Assembly: GCA_045617385.1 (NCBI GenBank)
Contig: JAZLIM010000090.1
Span: 2,845-66,844 of the forward strand
Length of the DNA stretch: 64,000 bases
Source of the DNA: Treponema sp.
GTDB lineage: Bacteria > Spirochaetota > Spirochaetia > Treponematales > Treponemataceae
Direction of reading: 5' to 3'
Part shown: positions 57,185 through 64,000 of the stretch, in pieces
Position numbering within the stretch: the stretch's first letter is position 1
Layout of the letters: the number at the start of each line of letters is the position of its first letter
The notes under the pieces: generated by a model
What the model saw: the letters and a program-made list of their open reading frames with translations, nothing else
Told to the model about the DNA's origin: nothing
Databases searched by the model: none
Position numbers and translations under genes: made by a program

Positions 57185-58447
57185 TTATCGCCCCCTGATT
57201 TTTTTCAGAACTTTTTTGTGCCAGAAAGCACGCAGATTTTCGCCTGCAGTGGCAAGTTTATAGACAGGTTTAAGCCTTACATCTACGCTTCCCATACGAT
57301 GGAAATTCTGCCCGCCGAAGCCGGTCTTGAAAAGGTAAAGCCCGTGCATCGGATGATTTTCATCGTCCGTAGGAGGCATACCGTAAAGATCATAGTAAGG
57401 GCATCCGTAAGCCTTTGCATCTTTCATGGCAGTCCACTGAAGAAGGAAGTTCGGCATTAAATTACGTTTAACGTTACTTGAACAGCCATAAAGATAAACT
57501 CCTTCATCCCTGCAGAAAAGAGTTATGATTGCACCAAGATAGTCTTCCTCATGCTTTGCAAGGTAAAGTGAAACTTCAGAAACGTCCTTTCCGTTTTCAA
57601 TTTCTTTGGCCGATGTCTCAAGAAGATCCTGGTAATATGACTTTGCGTGGATTGCAATTCCGTCTCTTTCGGCCGTAATCCGGTATAAATCATAAAAAAC
57701 GTCAAGTTTTTCAGACAAGTTCACATCTTTTCCAGTATATTTTTCAATCTGAACCCCTTTTCGGGCTGAAAGATTGATGTTGTAACGCCATTTGTTTTTC
57801 ATGGCAGAAAGGATTTCTTCTTCAGTTCCTTTAAGCCAGACTCTTGTTGAGTCTGGCGGCTGAATATCAACATGAGTTTTCTTTACTTTAAGGCGGTCAG
57901 CAAAACTAATAAGTTTAAGTCCGAAGTTGAACTGATCTCTTTCTTCAGGAGTTTCAAATTCTACACAAGGATCAAAACGCACGCAGATTGTATTTGCCGG
58001 AAGATAAGGCTTCAGAGCAAGACCAGTTTCATTCAGAAGGGCCGCAAATTCAATTGTCTGAGTTTCTGCAGTAACTGGAGTTTCATCAATAAAAGCTACC
58101 CCATCTCCATCAATAGCCTGATCCAGTTTTTCTGAATCAGTACACTTGAAAGGAAGCGAAGGATATAAGGGAACGTAAGCCATACTGAAAAGGCCTTTTG
58201 CAAAACTGCGGACCAGCACACAGACATTTTCCGTTTTGGAAAAAATTTGTGCTTTCTGATTTTCTTTATTATGACAGTCATGAACTTCATCAGGAATTTC
58301 TTCTGTAAAAGTCCATGATATTACGAATTTCTTAAGTTTCCATCCGTGCCGGGTTTTAAATTCACTCCAGAACAGGGACTGCTGGAAGTAAGGCAAAGCA
58401 TTAAAGCAGTCGCCTTCCCCAAGCTCCTTTATATTTATATCAAACAT
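57185..58447 (-). CDS. FemAB/FemX-family peptidoglycan aminoacyltransferase
   Basis: QSLFW..FK...GW, WRYNI.LS.RKGV, YLYGCSS, PNFLLQW, YDLYG, GLYLFKTGFGG. Confidence 0.88.
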   Translation of the reverse strand: MFDINIKELGEGDCFNALPYFQQSLFWSEFKTRHGWKLKKFVISWTFTEEIPDEVHDCHNKENQKAQIFSKTENVCVLVRSFAKGLFSMAYVPLYPSLPFKCTDSEKLDQAIDGDGVAFIDETPVTAETQTIEFAALLNETGLALKPYLPANTICVRFDPCVEFETPEERDQFNFGLKLISFADRLKVKKTHVDIQPPDSTRVWLKGTEEEILSAMKNKWRYNINLSARKGVQIEKYTGKDVNLSEKLDVFYDLYRITAERDGIAIHAKSYYQDLLETSAKEIENGKDVSEVSLYLAKHEEDYLGAIITLFCRDEGVYLYGCSSNVKRNLMPNFLLQWTAMKDAKAYGCPYYDLYGMPPTDDENHPMHGLYLFKTGFGGQNFHRMGSVDVRLKPVYKLATAGENLRAFWHKKVLKKIRGR

Positions 58448-58463
58448 TTTCCCACCCAAAAAT

Positions 58464-58512
58464 CAATTCACAATTCACAATTTTCCATTGTCAATTGTCC
58501 ATTATCAATTAT
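58464..58512. repeat. Heptamer tandem array, 7 units, consensus C(A/C)ATTNN
   Basis: caattca caattca caatttt ccattgt caattgt ccattat caattat. Confidence 0.85.
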
Positions 58513-60848
58513 TAATGTACTCCACCGTTTTCTGTTTTGTCCATTGTAAGAGCCTTGCCGGCAGCCATCAGATTTTTTCCCGCAATCTGAACAGCCTTGT
58601 TTACAACTTTGATTTCAACAGAACAGAAAGTATCGATTGTGATTTCTTCCGGTTTCTTGAAGCTTGGATCTGCCCCTTCAAGATAAACAACGTCACCTGG
58701 ATTTGCCCAAGGAGCTGTAAGGATTTCTACACATTCTTTTCCGTTTTCGTCATTGTAGTCGGCAGCAAGGAGCATACCGTGGCTTTCGATACCGCGCATC
58801 TTTCTTGGAGCAAGTGAAGCCGCAATGATAACGTTTTTTCCAAGAAGATCTTCCGGCTGAAGGTATGGTCTTAAGCCTGACTGGATAATGCGTTCAGTTC
58901 CCGAACCGTCATCCATTGTTTCAACGTAAAGCTTTTCTCCTTCAGGGTTGTTTTCTACCTTCAGGATTTTTGCTACGCGAAGTTCAATATTCTGGTTGAA
59001 GAATTCTTCCTGATTTTCAGCAAGAACAGGTTCTTCATGTTTCTTTTCAGCTTTCTTTGACTTACCGGCCCCTGAGCCTGTCGAAGGGTTAGAAGCTTCT
59101 TTTTCCTTGCGGTCTTTCTGGTTACCTGAGAATTTTTCGCGGAAAGCTTCCATTGTTTTTGCATCCATTGGAGTAAAGTAAACCTGAGTTGGTCCAACAG
59201 ATTCGAGGCCCTCAGTTACACCAAGGTTTGACCAGTCAAGACCTTCAAGAGTTTCTTTTCCAACAACCGATTCCTTGATTGCTTTACCGAAGTAGCTCAT
59301 AACTTTCTGAGTGTACTGTGGCATGTAAGGATTCATCATGATCATAAGATCTTTGATTACATAACAGAGGTTGTGGATAAGGCTTTCTGCAACTGCAGGA
59401 TCCGATGTACGTGTCTTCCAAGGTTCTGTAGCCTGGAACTTTTTGTTACAGATGTCGGCAATTGTGAACATTTCACGGAATGCATCTTTAAGGTCAGCCC
59501 ATTCAAGGTATTCTGTGATTTTTGCTTCTTTAGCACGAACTTCTGCCCAGAGTTCTTCATCAACTGGAGCTGCAGGGATTTTTCCTTCGTAGTATTTGTT
59601 TACAAAAAGCAGTGTGCGGTTTACCAGGTTTCCAAGGTTTCCGATAAGTTCTGAATTCAGCTTTTCCTGGAAATCTTTCCACATGAACTGGAAGTCCTGT
59701 TTTTCTGGGCGGTTGTAGAAGATGTAGAAACGCCATGCATCTGCAGGGATTCCTGTTTCAATGGCATCAGTTCCGAATACACCAACTCCGCGAGATTTAC
59801 TGAACTTGTCGTTTTCGTAGTTCATGTATTCTGTTGAAGACATGTGGTGAAGTTTTGTCCAGTTGTGTGGAGATCCCAGAAGAGTTGATGGGAAAATTAC
59901 AGTATGGAACGGAATATTGTCTTTTCCGATAAACTGGAAAAGATCAACAGGAGCTTTGCTCTTTCCCTCTTCTGATTCTTCAGGAAGCCACCAGCTTTTC
60001 CAGTCAAAAGACTGCTTACCGGCTTTTACAAGTTCATTTGCCAGCTGCTTTGTAATAGACATGTAACCGATCGGGGCATTGAACCAAACGTAGAATACTT
60101 TGTTTTCGTATCCTGCTTTTGGAACAGGAATTCCCCATTTAAGGTCACGGGTAATTGCGCGTTCGTTCAGACCGTCACGAATCCAGGCTTTTGTAATGTT
60201 GATTGCATTGTCAGACCATTTGCCTTCTTTTGAAGCCTTGTCCATCCATGAGTCCAGGTTCTGTGAAAGTTTTGGCAGGTCGATGTAAAGATGTTTTGTT
60301 TCTTTTACTTCAGGAGTTGAACCACATGTGTGACATTTAGGATCTTTAAGTTCTACAGGGTCCAGAAGTGAACCACAGTCATCACACTGGTCACCGCGGG
60401 CTTTTGTTGAACCGCATTTTGGACATGTTCCGTCTACATAGCGGTCAGCAAGGAAGCGCAGGCATTTTGGACAGAAAAGCTGACGGCTTGTTTTTTCTGT
60501 AATGAAACCACCTTTGTCCAGGTCGTTGAAAAGAGCCTGTGTGATTTCTGTACATTCATCATTTGATGTACGTCCGAATTTATCAAAGTTGATATGGAAC
60601 CAGTCGTAAATCTTTGTGTGTTCACCGTAGTAGTAATCACAAAGTTCACGAGGAGTTTTGTTTTCTTCAAGAGCTTTTGTTTCTGTAGCTGTACCGTATT
60701 CGTCAGTACCACAGATATAAAGAGTATCGTAACCGCGTGAACGGCAGAAACGGGCAAAAACATCGCCCGAAAGCATCTGGATAAGGTTTCCAAGGTGCGG
60801 AATATTGTTTACGTAAGGTAAAGCGGATGTAATAAGTCTTCTATTCAT
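58512..60848 (-). CDS. metG: Methionyl-tRNA synthetase with C-terminal tRNA-binding domain
   Basis: ALPYVN..PHLGN, GTDEYG, zinc knuckles, FIGKDNIPFH, KFSKS, OB-fold C-terminus. Confidence 0.97.
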   Translation of the reverse strand: MNRRLITSALPYVNNIPHLGNLIQMLSGDVFARFCRSRGYDTLYICGTDEYGTATETKALEENKTPRELCDYYYGEHTKIYDWFHINFDKFGRTSNDECTEITQALFNDLDKGGFITEKTSRQLFCPKCLRFLADRYVDGTCPKCGSTKARGDQCDDCGSLLDPVELKDPKCHTCGSTPEVKETKHLYIDLPKLSQNLDSWMDKASKEGKWSDNAINITKAWIRDGLNERAITRDLKWGIPVPKAGYENKVFYVWFNAPIGYMSITKQLANELVKAGKQSFDWKSWWLPEESEEGKSKAPVDLFQFIGKDNIPFHTVIFPSTLLGSPHNWTKLHHMSSTEYMNYENDKFSKSRGVGVFGTDAIETGIPADAWRFYIFYNRPEKQDFQFMWKDFQEKLNSELIGNLGNLVNRTLLFVNKYYEGKIPAAPVDEELWAEVRAKEAKITEYLEWADLKDAFREMFTIADICNKKFQATEPWKTRTSDPAVAESLIHNLCYVIKDLMIMMNPYMPQYTQKVMSYFGKAIKESVVGKETLEGLDWSNLGVTEGLESVGPTQVYFTPMDAKTMEAFREKFSGNQKDRKEKEASNPSTGSGAGKSKKAEKKHEEPVLAENQEEFFNQNIELRVAKILKVENNPEGEKLYVETMDDGSGTERIIQSGLRPYLQPEDLLGKNVIIAASLAPRKMRGIESHGMLLAADYNDENGKECVEILTAPWANPGDVVYLEGADPSFKKPEEITIDTFCSVEIKVVNKAVQIAGKNLMAAGKALTMDKTENGGVH
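59070..59088. repeat. REP-like element CCCTGAGCCTGTCGAAGGG inside metG
   Basis: Near-identical to the inner copy at 44465-44482; read as PSTGSG in the MetG linker. Confidence 0.7.
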
Positions 60849-60893
60849 AGTTTTAATATTATAGAAAATTTACACCTTTTACTCAATTCACCA

Positions 60894-60963
60894 CAAATGA
60901 CAATTTACAATTCACAATTCACAATTGTCCATTGTCCATTGTCCATTGTCCATTGTCCATTTT
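60894..60963. repeat. Heptamer tandem array, 10 units
   Basis: caaatga caattta caattca caattca caattgt (ccattgt)x4 ccatttt. Confidence 0.9.
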
Positions 60964-61448
60964 TACTTAGTCTCTTTAATTTTCTTTAAAAGTGTTTTTT
61001 CCACGTTCGGAGGTACCATTTTGCTGATATTTCCGCCGAATTTGGCCAGTTCCTTGATAGAGCTGGATTTTACAATTACGAATTCTTCGTCTGTCGGGAT
61101 AAACATGGTTTCAATGTTGGCATCCAGAGCTTTGTTCATCAAAGCAAGGTCAAATTCGTAAAGAAAATCATTCTGGGTGCGGATTCCGCGTACAAGAACC
61201 TTTGCTCCCACCTGTTCTGCATATTTTACAATAAGCCCGTCCCAGATATGGAGTTCAACGTTTGAAAACGGCTTTATCATTTCTGAAAGCATTTCGTAAC
61301 GTTCGTTTTCGTTGAACATATATTTTTTGTCAGGATTTACTGAAATAACCACATCAACACAGTCAAAGAGTTTTGATGCACGCTGAATAACATTTAAATG
61401 ACCGTATGTTGGAGGATCAAAAGATCCTGCGAAAACTGCTTTTACCAT
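60963..61448 (-). CDS. coaD: Phosphopantetheine adenylyltransferase
   Basis: AVFAGSFDPPTYGHL, LVRGIR, DFLYE, SSSIKELA. Confidence 0.95.
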   Translation of the reverse strand: MVKAVFAGSFDPPTYGHLNVIQRASKLFDCVDVVISVNPDKKYMFNENERYEMLSEMIKPFSNVELHIWDGLIVKYAEQVGAKVLVRGIRTQNDFLYEFDLALMNKALDANIETMFIPTDEEFVIVKSSSIKELAKFGGNISKMVPPNVEKTLLKKIKETK

Positions 61449-61505
61449 AATATCCAAAAACTACAATATTTGACGAAAATTAACAATCAATGTATCATAT
61501 TTCCT

Positions 61506-62177
61506 ATGAAATTTAAGCTTTTCTTTGTATTTTCTGCTGTTTCTCTGCTGTTGATTTCCTGCGGTACAACAAAACAGGAAAGTCCTGAGGAAGTAATTGT
61601 ACCCGGAACTACCGAACCTGAAGAAGTTATTGAAGAGATTCAGGAAGAAATCGTAATTGAAGAACCTGAAACAGAACCGGAAGTTCTGGATGATGAAGAA
61701 GTTGAAATCATTGATGAAGTTGTTGAAGTAGACAGCAATGAAAACGAATACCTCCGCTCTATCGTTGACATGGAAACTGAAGACGAAACTGTTTCGATCG
61801 ATGAATTTAATGAAGACAAAGCCGCAATTCTCCGTATTATCGGGGAACTTGAAAAGATTATGTCGAATTTTGAGTTCGAAAACTGGAAAGACTACATCGA
61901 TCCGGACTCAATCGAGTACTATTCTAACCCGGCTAACCTGCGCAAAGCCCAGAAGAAGCTTCCGGACAAGATGATCCAGCTTAAGGGACTCAGAGACTAC
62001 TTCAAGCATGTATTCATCCCTTCAAGAAGACAGAGCCAGGTTGAAGAAATCCGTTACCTTTCAAAAACTTACATCAAAGCGGTGGAAGTTCGTGAAGACG
62101 AAGGAACAACGGTAGTTTATTACTACTTCGTTAAGAAAGGCGACAAATGGCTTGTTAAACTGCCTGAAATTTCTTAA
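61506..62177 (+). CDS. Hypothetical lipoprotein with acidic linker
   Basis: MKFKLFF..LIS-C lipobox at ATG 61506; Glu-rich linker; globular C-terminus. Confidence 0.75.
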   Translation: MKFKLFFVFSAVSLLLISCGTTKQESPEEVIVPGTTEPEEVIEEIQEEIVIEEPETEPEVLDDEEVEIIDEVVEVDSNENEYLRSIVDMETEDETVSIDEFNEDKAAILRIIGELEKIMSNFEFENWKDYIDPDSIEYYSNPANLRKAQKKLPDKMIQLKGLRDYFKHVFIPSRRQSQVEEIRYLSKTYIKAVEVREDEGTTVVYYYFVKKGDKWLVKLPEIS

Positions 62178-62248
62178 TAAAGTCAGTTTGATTTTTTGTA
62201 TTGTATAAACTATAATATACCGATAATAAATTCATAGGAGATTTCCCG

Positions 62249-62989
62249 ATGAAAATCATTAAAAAAATATTCGCTGCAGCACTTATTCTTGCAGGAACAA
62301 CAGCTATTTTTGCCGAAACTGTACAGAGGGCATCAAACAACAAAAATTCTTCTGAAACATCAGTAGAAAATGAATACCTGAGCGATATCGACACAGATAT
62401 CATTACAAGTCTGGCAAATTCAGATGAATATGATAACAAACGCGTTGCTCTGGATTACCTCAGAAACGCAATTGAAGAGGGAAATACTTCTGACGGAGTT
62501 GTTCACGCTCTTGATAAGCTGGCCGGTGAAGGACTCACAAGCCAGACACGCCAGAACGGACGTGTTATGAACAACTTCCCTGATATCCGCCGCGAAGCAT
62601 GTCTGCTTCTTGGTCAGGTAAAAACTGAACACGCTAAAAACACACTTGTTTCTGTTGCCGTTGCAGACAACGAACCAATGGTTATTGCTGCTGCAGTACG
62701 CTCTCTTGGCGACATCGGAATCAACGAAAATGATGAAGTTGTAGATGCAATCGCTTTTGCAAACCGCAGAAATGAAGTTCTGAACCCAACATCAAGCCTT
62801 GCTCTTGAAGTTCTGAATGCATTTGAAGTTCTTTACGGTTCTACAGAAAACAAAAAGACTATGATTGACGCCTGTGCAAGAATTGCTGTTGATTACAATT
62901 ACGTAACACCAGTAAGACAGAAGGCATACAAACTGCTCAAACAGATGTCATCAGGAGACTCAAAAACTGCTCCTGAAGATGAAAAATAA
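62249..62989 (+). CDS. Exported HEAT-repeat protein
   Basis: AGGAG RBS; signal peptide; IRREACLLLG, EPMVIAAAVRSLGDIG. Confidence 0.75.
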   Translation: MKIIKKIFAAALILAGTTAIFAETVQRASNNKNSSETSVENEYLSDIDTDIITSLANSDEYDNKRVALDYLRNAIEEGNTSDGVVHALDKLAGEGLTSQTRQNGRVMNNFPDIRREACLLLGQVKTEHAKNTLVSVAVADNEPMVIAAAVRSLGDIGINENDEVVDAIAFANRRNEVLNPTSSLALEVLNAFEVLYGSTENKKTMIDACARIAVDYNYVTPVRQKAYKLLKQMSSGDSKTAPEDEK

Positions 62990-63013
62990 GCAGTAAAAAC
63001 AATTTATTTTCTG

Positions 63014-63045
63014 AAAAAAGCTGCCTTTTACAGACAGCTTTTTTT
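63014..63045 (+). terminator. Rho-independent terminator
   Basis: AAAAAAGCTG...CAGCTTTTTTT. Confidence 0.75.
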
Positions 63046-63082
63046 ATTGTATAATTAACTAAAAGTATCTTGCTTTTTCTTT

Positions 63083-63156
<74 letters not shown>

Positions 63157-63194
63157 CTAAAATACCCTCTTCCGTTTTCATTACAGGAGTACAA

Positions 63195-63785
63195 ATGGAA
63201 CCAATAATTTTAGCATCCTCTTCCCCTAGAAGACAGGAAATCCTGAAAATGCTGAACATTCCTTTTCAGGTAATCATGCCTAACATTGACGAAACCATCA
63301 CCAGTGCAGTTTCAATTGAAGAAATTCCAGAACTCCTTGCAATGGAAAAAATCTCTGCAGTAATCCACTCTCTTCCTGCAAAACAGGAAATCCCGTGGAT
63401 TCTTGGTGCAGACACCGTAATTGTATACAACAACAAGATTTACGGGAAACCGGAAAGCATTGAACAGGCTACACAGTTCATAAAAACCTTTTCGGGAAAA
63501 ACACATACTGTCATCACTTCCCTCTGCCTTTACAACGGAAGGAAGAAAATTACTACCACAAGAACCAATAAATCAAAAGTCACTTTCAAGGAAATGACGG
63601 ACGAAGAAATCCAGTGGTATGTTGATACAGGTGAATGGCACGGCGCTGCAGGCGGATACCGCATCCAGAGTCTTGCATCATGTTTTATTACAAAAATCGA
63701 AGGCTCATACTCAGGCGTCATCGGGTTGCCAATATTTGAGCTTTATGATATTTTAAAGGAGCAGGATTATTCTCTTTTGAATTAA
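63195..63785 (+). CDS. maf: Maf nucleotide pyrophosphatase
   Basis: IILASSSPRR, GADTV, GKP, AGGY.IQ, GSYSGVIGLP. Confidence 0.93.
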   Translation: MEPIILASSSPRRQEILKMLNIPFQVIMPNIDETITSAVSIEEIPELLAMEKISAVIHSLPAKQEIPWILGADTVIVYNNKIYGKPESIEQATQFIKTFSGKTHTVITSLCLYNGRKKITTTRTNKSKVTFKEMTDEEIQWYVDTGEWHGAAGGYRIQSLASCFITKIEGSYSGVIGLPIFELYDILKEQDYSLLN

Positions 63786-63923
63786 CCCTGCCACATTTGC
63801 AGCGGGCTGTTTGCTTAAACTGCATTTTGTGATCTTCCGGGCCTTAGCAATTCATTTTGCGACGGTTACGAGAAACAGAGTACGGGGCACAATAAAGGAA
63901 TTGTGCGCGTGAAGGAGTCTATC

Positions 63924-64000
63924 ATGGCAGTAGTAACCATGAAAAACCTGCTTGAATCAGGAGTTCACTTCGGTCATCAGGTAAAACGCTGGGATCCACG
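63924..64000 (+). CDS. rpsB: 30S ribosomal protein S2, 5' part
   Basis: AAGGAG RBS then [25 protein letters not shown]; not in ORF track because truncated. Confidence 0.95.
   Translation, partial: MAVVTMKNLLESGVHFGHQVKRWDP

Noticed and set aside
58464-60963. Heptamer arrays as CRISPR
   Set aside because: The period is 7 nt, there are no spacers and no cas genes.
63786-63923. Novel ncRNA between maf and rpsB
   Set aside because: A structured rpsB leader is expected; no specific fold could be supported by eye.

Overview
64 kb of a gut/rumen Treponema-like spirochaete chromosome, inferred from the mfd-rluD-yggS-rsmA-comEC synteny, spirochaetal lipoprotein signals and the rpsB N-terminus. There are three zones. 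(1) 1-11.3 kb: a minus-strand operon of three giant surface lipoproteins plus an outer-membrane beta-barrel protein missing from the ORF track. The first gene is frameshifted by a (TA)8 microsatellite inside its signal peptide (likely phase-variable OFF; 7 units restores the frame). The domain layout of the three lipoproteins suggests an anchor/stalk/lectin-tip fibre resembling Bacteroidia type V pili. (2) 11.5-33.3 kb: a nitrogen-scavenging island next to a PucR-family regulator. It carries an omega-aminotransferase plus Fe-ADH, a Liv-type ABC transporter, a split D-glutamate-cyclase / D-amino-acid aminotransferase / 5-oxoprolinase module, a nitrilase, an Urt-type ABC transporter without urease, and an M20 carbamoylase. 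TTGT-N9-ACAA boxes recur upstream of its units and there are attenuator-like leaders. (3) 33.3-64 kb: mostly core genes (EAL phosphodiesterase, AGCS symporter, MATE, mfd, tRNA-Leu, rluD, yggS, rsmA, comEC, PilZ protein, Gld-like ABC, rnz, FemAB, metG, coaD, tRNA-Arg, maf, rpsB). Small repeat elements occur here, one in-frame inside metG. All calls are by eye; no database searches were run.
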